Below, piece after piece: positions 25,526-37,358 of a stretch of 64,000 nucleotides of DNA; positions within the stretch are counted from its first letter, which is position 1, and the number at the start of each line of letters is the position of its first letter. Source of the stretch: Lama glama (lineage: Eukaryota). A program made the position numbers and the translations under genes. The stretch lies in NCBI GenBank assembly GCA_028534125.1, contig CM052816.1, positions 36,892,001-36,956,000 on the forward strand. Reading direction: 5' to 3'. Under the pieces are notes generated by a model. That model saw nothing but the letters and a program-made list of their open reading frames with translations. It was not told where the DNA came from and made no database searches.

Positions 25526-27044
25526 GATGTTTCTTCCTTATGAAGTAAATTTTCAGTGATTTAGTGATTACTAAAAACCATATTTGAGACTCCTTAGGCT
25601 TATATTATGATGTGGTGTTTTTGTTATCTCTCCACAATTGAAATATGATATAACAATCTTGAAGGAGATCCAAAGAAAAATAACATGGTGCATGGTTAAA
25701 AGCCTTGGAAATAAGTCTTATTAGGAAAGAAAAAGGACTGAGAGAAAAGAGAAGCAATAAGTTAATTATAGTTGCCAAACTTCATGATAAATATTGATTG
25801 AAACTCTTTGGGCTTCTGTCCTTTCTCTCTGAAGACCACAGTGAATATGGTTTATGTTTGAAAATGCTGGTGTTAAACAGTCTATGCTGATCTTATATTG
25901 TCAGTATAGAGTATGGGGTTACTTTCTCTAAAGATTTTTTTTAATAAAAACATTCTTTTTTTTGCATAAAATGGAGAAAAATTCTAACTGCAAGCAGAAA
26001 ATTAAACCAGATGCCCTTGATTGTTCCAAAACTGATGCTGCCAAGGTCAATGGTCACCAGTCCAATGACAATCCCCTTGAACACTGCTACAATTCCCACC
26101 CACTCCTATCCACAGTCACAATCCTATTCACTCTAAGAGTCTCAAAGTTTTCTTCCAAATAGTCTCTTATGACAGCTATGTTGTAAAGCACATTGGAATG
26201 TCAGTGCTTTACTGACATCAAGCTTCTAAACAGCATAGAAGTTTAGCTAACACAATTCATGGCTATAACTTATGTTGTCCTTATTCCTCCACACATTAGG
26301 AGTTCAACAAGAATACATTTTTCTCTCAAAAACATTCTTTAGAAGTAGGAAATAAGATTTTAAAATACATTCTGATGTTGGAATTAAGAATATATTGTTA
26401 TTTTCCTTCTAACTTTAATCTTATTCTCACATCAGGGGAAAAAAGTCATTTTTAAAAAAAATTAAAACCGTCTTTTGTACTACTTTGTTAAAATTACCCT
26501 CCCAATGTGAACCAACTTCCTGAAGTAATATTTTAAAGTGTCTGATGCTGTGAAGAATATTTAATTATGTGATTATCTTTCATGATGTGTGTAGTTAATT
26601 GTCCGTACATCAAATGTAAATGATTTTGAACAATAAAAGTGAATGAGTAATGTTCTGGCTGTGAGCAACAGATGTCATGTGGATTTTGATTTCTCAGCCA
26701 TTTATAAATATTTCTTTTCAAGTCTAGAAAAGCAATTAGGTAAGATTATAGACTAATAGCCATTCAAATCTAGGTTTAAGAATGAAAAGCAGTATGAATC
26801 ACAGGACCGAAGAACACTACTTAGGAAAAAAATTAACTACACTCATGTTCTTTAAAATCTATCAAAATATAATTTTTATAAAATATCAGCAGTCTAGTTA
26901 CAATTCCTTAGTAAGATTTATGCCACTGTCATATGTGAAGCAGTGTCTCTGTGACTCCGACTAGTGCCTCACAGAGTCTTGTGCATAGTAGACAATCTGC
27001 TTACTGAATACGTAAGAGTCAAAAAATATCAAGGTACACCTTTT

Positions 27045-28140
27045 TGGTTTACAGGGCATTCTCTGTTAGCTAACAGGCATCAATTCCCCTTTGATTTGAA
27101 AACAGAACACATTTTCTTGGTGATCAACTACTCACTACTCTTAGCTCGTATAGTTTACTACGGTGATTGCAATTATGAATCCAGGGATAGTCATGTGACA
27201 GAGATCTGGCCGGCAAGAACATTACATTCTGTACCCAGAGTATTTTGGCTCATAGTAACATGTTTAGGGCAGTGTCAAACTCTTGGAACATTTATCTGAG
27301 TGATTAGGAGGGAGGCAGATGCTCTTTTGCATTGGAATTACTGAAGGGACTAGGAAAGCTTGGAGCTCAAGGAATCATCACCAAGAGGAATCATTTTGCT
27401 TAGGGAAGGAGCAAAGTCAAAACAAGGAAACAGAGTTGTGAGGTGGAGAAAGATAAATATTGATGAAATCACTTGAGCTACTGTATCCAGGCATGGGTGA
27501 TAATTCTTTCCCTATTTTGTGACAGATTCTCCTCTTCACCAAACTATAGCCAGGTTCCTATGATCCCTTTCTCAACTAAGATTTAACCTTGGTCTATGAA
27601 GACTTACACAGACATCAACAGTCTAACAGCTCAGCTCAGTTTCTCACATCCCTAGGATGATCCTAGTTCCCCTTAAAGTGTATTCTGAGAAAACCCAAAG
27701 TTGCCAAAAGAACCAGCCAATACCTGAAAACAGGGTCCCTATCTTCTTGTTTCTGTGGGAGGATAGGAGTCTAATGTAGATAACACCAGTTAGCAAATCC
27801 AGTTATATTTCACATGGATCACTCCTGTTTTTTCTTGATTTTTGTCATTTTTTATTTCCCTAACTCTACTGAGCTCTGCTTGCTCTCATTCCTATTCTCT
27901 CATTCTCCCTTTAAAACCCCCAGCCAACTTTGTACAAATCAAAGTTCAGTTCAGTTCACTCTATAATATTCTCCCTATTGCAATAGTGTATTAGTGATTA
28001 GTATCTGTCCTTATTGTTTTAACTAGTGTTCATCTTTGTTTATTTTTGACACATCTTGCTTATGGTAGCCAATAATCTAACATGTAGCAAACTGACTTTA
28101 GTTTCTTCATCATTTGCAACCAAAATGAATTATAATTAAT
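27045..28140 (+). mobile_element. Old MaLR LTR (MLT1J/K/L-like), split by a nested ERV1 LTR
   Basis: tccagggatagtcatgtgacagagatctggcc, aagcttggagctc and tgatgaaatcacttgagctactgtatccag before the insert; agccaataa...catttgcaaccaaaa after it. Confidence 0.6.
27520..28051 (+). mobile_element. ERV1 solo LTR, MER31/MER67 group
   Basis: Starts tgacagattctcctcttcaccaaactatagccagg; contains catccctaggatgatcc and ctccctattgcaatag; ends tttatttttgaca (TG...CA). Confidence 0.8.
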
Positions 28141-29086
28141 TTATTCTATGCACTATTGAAAGTTTGATTTCCCCCCTCCAGGTGCTGATGTTCATATTTT
28201 GTAAAGATGATCACAAATATATTATTGTGAGGCAGATTTTCCACAGATTCCTCTTTATCTCTAGAAGGAAACAAGCATGAAGTTTGTTTGATAGTTACTC
28301 TACTTTAATCTGATCCTTGTCAACATATTACGTTTAGTGTGGTTTTCACTGTGGAGAAAAGGGAACAATCAGATGAGCAAGAGAAATAAGTAGAGGAATA
28401 ATATATAGGCTAGACAGTGTGAATGTAAGATATTTAATAGAGACAAAAGAAGTTGGAAAGGTGACATGATAGGAAGATATAAAGAAAAGTGATTAAGCAT
28501 TTTTAATATTAGTAGAGAATTAAAGGCATATGATTACTTTTAAATAATATAAGTGAAAGGACTTACTGAGTATTATCAGAGTGGGAATGTGCAAATTGTG
28601 TGAATAAGTGTAGATTCTAGTTTGACCTTACAAATGAGTAAAAGAAGGCTAGTGCAAAAATTGGACCTAGTTTATTAGATCCAATTCTATTCTTCTATTC
28701 TATTCTCCACTAAAGCATGACAAACACAAGATAAAGCAGATGCTTTTTTTCAACTATGATCATGTTCTGAATATTTTGATGCTATGATTTTCATGTTTGA
28801 AGGGAAAGACAACTTAATTTTAACTATTATCAAGGCTAAGATTACTGTTGCAAACAGTTTTGTTCCTTTGAAGTACAATCGTTAAATGTAGCTATTGACC
28901 TATAGGTACAATTGATTAAAAATAATAATCATAGACTTATACGTACAATGTATACTGTGTCATCACAGCAGGGAGTCTCTTTCTATGAAAACTGTATGTT
29001 AAAAAAATAATACTAGTCTTCAGAAGATCAATGATTTCTGAAAGTGAGGAAGGGAATCATGTGAAACAGGAATGCCTTTTAGGATC

Positions 29087-29265
29087 ATCACTTTCAAACT
29101 TGATTGCACATTGGAATCAACAAGGATTTAAAAAACAAAAATCTGATTCCCAGTCTTTCCTCCAGAGATTTTGTTCTAATTGGTCTGAAATTATGGCTAT
29201 AGGATTTAAAAGGAAAATATCACCTCAGATGGGTCTAATGTGCTTCCAAGGTTGAAAATTACTCT
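29087..29265. mobile_element. MER5-like hAT-Charlie MITE
   Basis: ttcaaacttgattgcacattggaatca...ccagagattttgttctaattggtctg...tctaatgtgcttccaaggttgaaaattact. Confidence 0.75.
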
Positions 29266-29834
29266 TTTGAGAATCTAGGCCAGGGGTGGGTTTCAAGGTG
29301 TTGGGGAGCATTTCTGCGATGGCTTCCAATGTAGCTGCTTAACACTCACTCAGGGATTATAGGTTGAATGGTAACATGCATATTCTCTTAAAGCTTATTC
29401 TCTCTTTGATGAGCTAAATTCTCATGAGTTATTGGAATTTAAATAATATTTATAACATTTGCATAGCAAAAATGTGAACCACTTCTTAATGAACTTTGGC
29501 AAAAAACATGCAACCATTGCAAGTTATGGGAATACTTGTACATTGTTAATTCAATTTAACAAGTTTCTTTAATGGAAATTATTTTAAATACATTATACAG
29601 CTTAAAGTGTGTCTCCAATTCTTAGGTAAATTGCTACAGTTGGGAAAGTTATAATGTATGTTAAGTTGAATCCATTTGTAAATTTTCACAAAAGTACTTG
29701 ATAGTAATTTTTGTTATTGTTGTTGTAGATAAAGATATGAGCTAGTTTTCAGATTTGTATGTTATTCTGGGAATTGTGGCTAGTTAGGTTTTCATGTTGC
29801 AGTTTATAAGATTTTATTTCACTAGTCCTTGTAG

Positions 29835-31038
29835 AAAATTCAAATTACCTGTAAGATATATTCTAATTTCTAGCATTTTCTTTTGATTCTTTCCTACACT
29901 GCCCAACTCTCTGCTTACACTTCTTATCTGTTGTTGCATGTTTATTTCTTTCATCAGAGCCCTTGGCATATTTATCACAGCTATTTTAAATTCCTTGTCT
30001 AATATTTTCGAAATCTCTACCATATCTGATTTTTGATGCTTCCTTTGTTTCTTCATACCCTATTTAACTTACCTTTTAGTATGTCTTATAATTTTTTGCT
30101 GAAAGTCAGGTATGATGTATTGAGTAATAAGAAATGAGGTAAATGTGCATTTAGTGTGAGGTTTTTCTGTTTTCTATCTAAGCATTATACTATGTTTAAG
30201 GTTTGCTATCATTGTACATGTCAGACGTTTCAATTTCCTTTAATGTCCTTATTTTTGTCTCCTCTATTGCCTTTGTGTTTCCCTAGAAACTCTTTTTTAA
30301 ATGGAGTCTGTGCCAAGCAGCTCTCTCAGTTTTAATCCAGTATTTTTATATGATTATACTGTAGTCCAGCTGATGTGGTTACAAACGATTAATCTATAAT
30401 TTTATGATTAGGACTTTTTTTTTTTCCCAGTGAGTTAGAGTGCTTTGGATGTGACCTTCAAGAACACTTCTTAGACTTTTTTCCTCCATTCCCCATTTGT
30501 AATACAAAGAAGTCTAAAGGAGAATGGAGTTTACTAATTGCCTTTCCCTCGGGTAGGTTAAGACCCTGGTTAAATAGTTCCCTTAGAGGGCAGGCCTTTG
30601 TATGAATGCTCTGGGCATATTTCAAAGTGGCTGCTTTTTCCCTTTCTCCTGCCAGAAGCAGTAGGAAATTTCTCTCTGACCTTCACTGAGGGAACCTGGT
30701 GGAGCTCCTGGAGGTAAAATTAACAAAAAGGGAGAGAACATACCTGGGACCTCAGGTGTTTTAATTCTGAAGCTAGCTCTCACTTAACTTGTAGCAACTA
30801 ATTAATTGCTATTTAAGCATTCCTACCCAGTTGCCAGCTTCAGCAGCCTCTGTTCCTGTTATGCTGAGACGTCTGTATTTACCTGTCTTTCCAGATTTGG
30901 GGGCAGTTGTTTGCCATCACTTAAGTTCTCTGATGGATCAGAAAAGAGTTGTTAGTATTCATTTCCTCAGCTTTTTTCCTTTTGTGAGACCATGAGTGAC
31001 AACTTCCAAACCCTTTATATACCTAAGTGGAAATGATA
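29835..31038 (-). mobile_element. Old LINE-1 (L1MC/L1MD-like) 5'UTR and start of ORF1
   Basis: Colinear with 20520-21650 (aatggagtctgt, ggcatatttcaaa, gggaacctggtggagctcctggaggtaaaa). ORF 29814-30056 (ILDKEFKIAVINMPRALMKEI) resembles an L1 ORF1 N-terminus. Confidence 0.85.
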
Positions 31039-31041
31039 GCT

Positions 31042-31543
31042 CAGTTTTGTCTACATTAATTTTTGGTTATGATTTTTAATTTAATTCCTTTATGTTCATG
31101 GAAAACAGAGTTATTTTTCGCCCAGTATAATGCCAGTGTTTGTACCTAATGCTGTAACACTGTAAGGATTATTCCAAATTCTAGTTGCACTGCTCTGTTT
31201 ATAATTGTTAATAATAGAAAAACAGTAGACAAATGCAGCAGCAAATCAATTGTATTAGCAGAATATTGTCCTTATTGCATGTGTAGCTTGAGTACAGATT
31301 CCACACTAATGGCTGAGTTTTTTCTACTATGATCAAAAGTTTTTTTTTTTTTTCTTTGCTCTCAGTTACCTTCAACTGTGGGTTCTCTATAGAAAGTGGC
31401 ATTTGGGGCTTTCTCTTTTTGTAAAGTGATTTCTGCCTAGTTTATTGTCCAGTTAACTTTAGTTTAGTGACTTTTAAAAGTTGGCATTGTAAATAAAACA
31501 ACTGCAAAAAGTTTTCTGAAATAGAATTTTAAGAAATATTACC
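31042..31543 (+). pseudogene. Probable 5'-truncated processed-pseudogene fragment consisting of mRNA 3'UTR only (recalled as PTGES3/p23-like; unverified)
   Basis: Non-repeat block between two L1 remnants. It has 3'UTR character, AATAAA at 31492-31497, and ctgcctagtttattgtccagttaactttag...aaaagttggcattgtaaataaaacaactgcaaaaagttttctg, which I recall from a conserved mammalian housekeeping 3'UTR. Confidence 0.45.
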
Positions 31544-31544
31544 T

Positions 31545-32720
31545 GTGAATTTGAAAAGAATGTGTTCCTGCAGCTTTTGGTGTAGTATTTCACATATGTC
31601 AATATGGACATGCACATTGTTCAAATCACTTATATGCTTACTAAAATTTAAGTTCTTTTCAAAAACTGAGGCATGTTTATTACTATCTCTATAGATTCAG
31701 ATCAAAATCTCTACAGATTTTGGGTAATCTAGAGCATTTCTCCTTCTACACATAAATAAATCTTTTTTTTTTTTGCTTCATGTATTTTCAGACTATACAG
31801 TAGTAGACATCAACTTAGAGAGCTGTCTTACCCTTCCGGCAAACAGTCATCATTTTGAAATATCTCTATCATTGATAGTGTTTTTCACCTTAAAGTCTGT
31901 TTGTATAATACGAATGTGATCTTCAAACTTTGTTTTGCTTAATATGATTTATTCCTTTCTTTCATATGGTAACCTTTCTGCATTTTAACATTTTATCTAT
32001 ATGTCTCAAAAACATATATAATTAAGTTCATTTTTTATTTCCAGCACTAGTCTTTGCCTTTTAGTTGAAGCATGTACTTCATTTACATTGGACCTCGTCA
32101 TTAACATATTTAATTTTAAATTTATTATCTTACTGTTTACTTTCTTTTTATGCCCACTTTGTTTACATTTTTGTTTCTTGTTTTGGATTGATTTTACTTT
32201 TTAAATGCCTTTCCCTTTTATTTCTTTAGTGAAATTCAGAGACTACAATATACATTCTTGACTTACCAAAGTCTAATTTAAATTTGAACATGTTATTACA
32301 TATTTATATATTTACCCTATTCCTGATACACCTGCAAAATTAGTGTACTTACTTCTATATATATAAAGTTCACAATAATAATTTTAAAGTTTTGTATATA
32401 TTAATATTTAGATATACCCACATATCTACCTGCTGCATACAAAACTGAGCTTTCATTTTTCATAATTTTTATACCCAAAATAGTATCCATTTTTATTTCA
32501 CCAGTGATGAGACTACATATTTTTGTTTGCCTGAAATTATATTTTAAAAATCTTTTTAACTAAAAGTTATTTTCATTTATTTATAGAATATTAATAGAAT
32601 TTTACACATTCAAGAAACTGTTCAATTGTTTTCTGATTTCCATTATTTTCTTTAAAATGCTTTAAATTGCCTATGTTTAATTTTTTTATTTAATTTTTGT
32701 GGACTTCAAAATTTTTGGTG
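31545..32720 (-). mobile_element. Very old LINE-1 (L1ME-like) ORF2-start/ORF1 remnant
   Basis: tgaatttgaaaagaatgtgttc, ttttgcttcatgtatttt, ccttaaagtctgtttg, gtctttgccttttagttgaagc...catttacatt. Confidence 0.65.
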
Positions 32721-34169
32721 AAGATATTTTTCTAGCAAATTGGTAAACTATTCCATTTTATTTCACTGTATTTTTTCCTCCATTGCTTTGATATGCCTTC
32801 TTTATCATATATTAACTTCTGTATATCATTTATTACCTTCTTTGGCTAAATTTCTGAATGTTCCTTTCTTTACATGGATTTGCTGCTTATTCTTGCATTG
32901 ATTTCAATTTATTTTATGTGATGTATCATTATAAAAAAGTTGAAGTTTGTCTCATTAGTCCTGACACTACTATTCTTTAAAAACGCTTCCAGGCTATTCT
33001 TATATGATCTGCTTACCATTTGAATTTTATCATTTTTGCCCATTTGAAAAGTCTTATTGATATTCTTAATGAGAAAAAAATTAAGTTTGTCATATTGTCT
33101 AACCTTTTTTATTTGTTTTATTTCTTGTTAAAGTATCACATAACTTTAAAAATAAGGCATCATATAATTTCCAATAGTTTACCTTTACTGAAAGACATCC
33201 AGCTGGGGATTGGTATTCTTCACTAACCTTCCCTGCTCATTATTAAAGCTTCACATGTAACTTACACATCACTCTACTTTTCAGTTCTTCTGGTAAATTT
33301 CTTCCCCACCCATACAAATTGGATATCATGCATTCTGCCTCTCATGTTTCATTTTGTTCTTCTTGGTACTGTCGTTCTTGTTGTTAGTGCTATTGTTCAG
33401 TTGTCTGATTGTTCAACTACTTTCTCCTTTTTGTGAAGCATAGCACCCAGTAGTTCTTGGGAAAAAATGCATGGAACTAATTTTTTTTTTATATTCAATA
33501 TCTGGAAAAAAAGTTTTATTGTGCTCTTACCCTTGATAGATAGTTTTCCCTGTGTGTCACCCTGGCTAAATATTATTTTTATCCTCAAAGCGTCACTCCT
33601 TTGTAACATTTTCTCTGACTGTTCCTTGTGTAGATATTTCTTTTGGTGCCATTCTTTTCACTACATTGCACCTTCCTTAGCCATACTAGGTATCACCAAG
33701 GCCACATTGTTTTTGGTTCATCCTCACCAGAGAGCAAACCCTCAATCTTCTCCTGAAATGAGGGAGGTTCACCTGATTTGGGGGCAGGATAAAGAATCTT
33801 ATGGTCTAACAGCTTCATAAAATCACTTTCAACCAATATCTTCTCTCAGTCCCACTCTGTACTTTGACTTTTTTTTTTTTTTATGTTAAACCTGTAGTTT
33901 TATTCAGGTTGTTTTCAGTGCCTGGCTTTGTTGTTCTGATCAGTTTGCTTCTTGCTGGCATTCTTTCTTTGGATATTTATGCTGCAGGCACAGTTTAAGG
34001 CCTTTTGTATTATTGACTATTATATTAAAAGGGATCCATGAAGAAGGGTTCTGATAACCATGTTTTAAAATAATTTTTTTAACAGCACTTACGTTGTATC
34101 TTTGTAGCAAAAGACATAATTTCAAAGTTTTATTTTTTTGTTTGCTTAATTGTTTTCTTTTACTTTATA

Positions 34170-34432
34170 AATGACTCTTCCTCATCTTTCAGATCTCCAT
34201 TCAAATGTCACTTTTTCAGTGATCTCTTCCCTGATCATGTCACCAGCCCCACCACTTACTATTATATTGTGCTTTTACACTGATTTCCTAGAACGTATCT
34301 AAAGCAATTCATTATATCTCACACATTTTATTTCTTTTATTGATCTTGCTCAAAACTGTATACCAAACACATTGAAAAATGCCTGTTTGAAGGCATACAG
34401 TAAGTGTACCATAGGTATTTGATGAATGAAAT
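34170..34432 (+). mobile_element. L2 3' fragment
   Basis: tcatctttcagatctccattcaaatgtcactttttcagtga...cttccctgatca...tatttgatgaatgaa. Confidence 0.65.
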
Positions 34433-36830
34433 AATAAAGGAATGCATAAGACATTCTGTATATTGAGGATTTTGGTTACTAAAAAGTGATTACAAAAGGA
34501 TAGATTATTGGCACAAGCCATATTACTTGTATCCACCTCAGCACAGATTAGGCACTTAATAAAATATTGGTTTAATAAAAATGGAAAATTTTCAACTGTC
34601 ACTCCAGATGGAATTTTCTCTATTATGCACCATTTTTCTAATAAGCAAAACCTGTGTGTATCAGAAATCGTGATAAGTGTTCAGTTTTGACAATGTGATG
34701 ATAATTGTTTAAGTTATAGTCAAAATACCCATCTGAGTTTCAATTAGTAAATACTTCCTACTTCAATTAGTGAATATAATATCCTTAAACATGACCTTGT
34801 CACAACTTTAGTTTTTAATGTTTTGATGGGTTTTTTTTTTGTCTTTTTAAGTACTCTAAGATAACATGAGTTGTCTGCTATATGAATCCAGAGGCACAGT
34901 TCATTCTTAGATGACCTTTTTCTTCTTTTTAGTACAATGTACTGCTGTTTTACTATTTGTGAACTTTTACACATTATTGTATATTTATTGTTAAAAAAAA
35001 TGCAACAAAAGAAAGTTCCCTCAAAGGACTAGAAAAGAAAAACTGAAAGCTTTAAAACATCAGAATAAAATGCATATTTCATGTCATAGTGGTAAGTGCT
35101 GCATTATATTAGCAATTTAGCTATAGGATCAGTGACTTTTCTGTCCTTTATTGAATTTCTAATATCATAAAGTTACTAATATAATAAAAGTCTTAAAGTA
35201 TTACTGACTTTCTATCATGCTCTTGAAGTGAATTTTTATAGTATTAACAAAAACAGAGTTTCAGAATACCATATAAACTGACCAAAATGATAATAAAAAA
35301 GCTGAAAAAAATCAATAACACAGTTTATTCAGCTGATCTATTTGAAGCTTCTCATATTTCATTTTCAGATCTTTCTCTTTCAGTGACTCCTGCTCATTGG
35401 TAAGAGTAGAAATTGCAAAATCTTAACTTCCTCTGGAAAAAAAAAACCCCTAATTTTCAATAGATTACCTTGCTAAGAACAGACTCTGAAAATTACCAAT
35501 AGTAATATTTACAGAAAAAAATGATAACGAAGTAATTGCAACACGTTATTTCTAGCTTTACAAAGTCTCCAGCAAAAAGTAAAGTCTACCAAGTTGTGAC
35601 AGACAAAATTTCATGTATTACTTTTATTTTATATAAATATAACATTGAATATGAAAAATAAGAAAGAATAGGAAAAATGTTTACTTTTCTCCAGTCCTTG
35701 GTAGACAAAGTAATTGTTATTCTTAACTTCCCTTTCAGTTTTACTAATGTAAATTCGCTACAGTTGTTTTGTTTGTAACTAAAATGTAACATAAACTGGC
35801 CACAATTAACAGATTTTATAATACACATATACTCAAACTAGTTTTCAGTAGGTTGACTTATCCTTTGCAGGATTTCTGTATTATTTGGAAAAGGAAATTC
35901 TTAAAATTTTGCTCGCTCATTGAGGATTTTTATATTCTCTTATAAAATAGCTACTTTGGGTTACTTACTGATCAGTCCTCGTTGTCCAAACAATTTTCTT
36001 GTATACTTGCTGCATAATTAAATGACAAAAAATGTAATTTAGAAGATAAAATTTAAAAAGAGTTATGCATTAATGACTTTGGAAAAAATACAAAAATTTG
36101 GTTCCATAAATTTGGGAAAAAAATCACAAAAATTATTCATCCCCATGTTTTGTTTTTGTAATAGATCACAAAATGGAAATTGATGATATTAATGAAATGA
36201 CTAAAAATACCTATTTTTCTTGAATCTTTTAGTTATTTTATTTCTTCCTCACTACATATAAATCTTCAGATGGACTTTTAATCTTTTATGAAATTGATTC
36301 TAAATTATATTTATTTGTTTTGTTTATACTCTTTTTGTACTGTGAATCTTTTAATTTAAAAGCTATATTAGAACTTTATGGTTTTCCACAATTCTTTAGT
36401 ATCTAGTAGTTTGTATTTGATTAAGGGAATGAGAGTGGTGATGATTGCCAGAATGTACATTATAGCAAATCTTGATTCATGGATTTAACACATTCATTTC
36501 ACTCTTACCATCTCTATGTTCCTGTAAACTTTCATATAGTGCTCACACTGTGCTGATCATCATAGTGCTATCTGTGTACACCTGTTTAATTTACTATAGT
36601 GTAAACTATATGTGGGAAAGTTTTCTGTGGATTATGATACTTAGAGCATAATCCAGCTTGGCCCAGGAAATATAGAACCAATTCAAAACACATTTCAAAA
36701 AAAATAATCCAATTATGCAATATCTAAGATCACTATTTCTCCCAGAAAACTGTCTTATTGAATTCAGTCTTTCAGTCTTATCCATAGGTTTATTTGATCA
36801 GATAAAAGTTGTAGAGCCACATAGGTATCC

Positions 36831-37358
36831 TGTTACAAATACAGAGTTCCAAATAACATCCTAACAATGCCTTCCAGCCAAAGACCACCTGGAACACTCC
36901 TATAGATTAACAAGTCAGGTTCATTATTCACTGCAGCAAGGAAGATACTTCCTGGGAAGCTGTGTGTGGGAAGTCTCAGTAAGAGCATGTTAGGTGAATT
37001 AAGGGAAAGTTTAAGGAAGCAGGAACATGTTCCAGATTGTATGTTATCAAGAATCCCAATAAATCTATAATTGGGTATTTTAGAATATTGAGTATTGGCA
37101 GGGAAGACCAGAAAGGGGGTAATGGTATAATTTATAAACAGGAAGCACTAGGAAATGTGCCTTGATAATATTCTTATTTTATTTGTATTCAGACATGATT
37201 ACATAGTGATACTGTTTTTGTTTTGATTCATCATAGTCAGAGTAACCTGTCTGATGTTGATTGATGTTCTTTGAAATTAGTTACATTCAATAGGAAAACA
37301 TTCACTTAGCTATGAGTGCCAGAACACTTCATAGTCACACCAAAGCCTAGCTCTTTCT
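36831..37358 (-). mobile_element. ERVL solo LTR, MER76-like
   Basis: aaagaccacctggaacactcctatagattaacaagtcaggttcattattcactgcagcaagg...tctcagtaagagcatgttag...tttaaggaagcagg...aattgggtat...agctatgagtgccaga. Confidence 0.7.

Noticed and set aside
26964..27299. 111-aa ORF
   Set aside because: Non-ATG start, mostly within an old MaLR LTR, no recognisable domain.
20390..31038. Similarity between 20520-21650 and 29835-31038 as a local segmental duplication
   Set aside because: Similarity is confined to L1MC/MD 5' sequence, is heavily diverged and does not extend into flanks. Better explained as two copies of a dispersed repeat.
33230..34130. Possible further old L1/HAL1 remnant and 117-aa ORF 33467-33820
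   Set aside because: T-rich sequence suggests an ancient LINE but is too degraded to assign; the ORF is low-complexity and hydrophobic with no homology I recognise.
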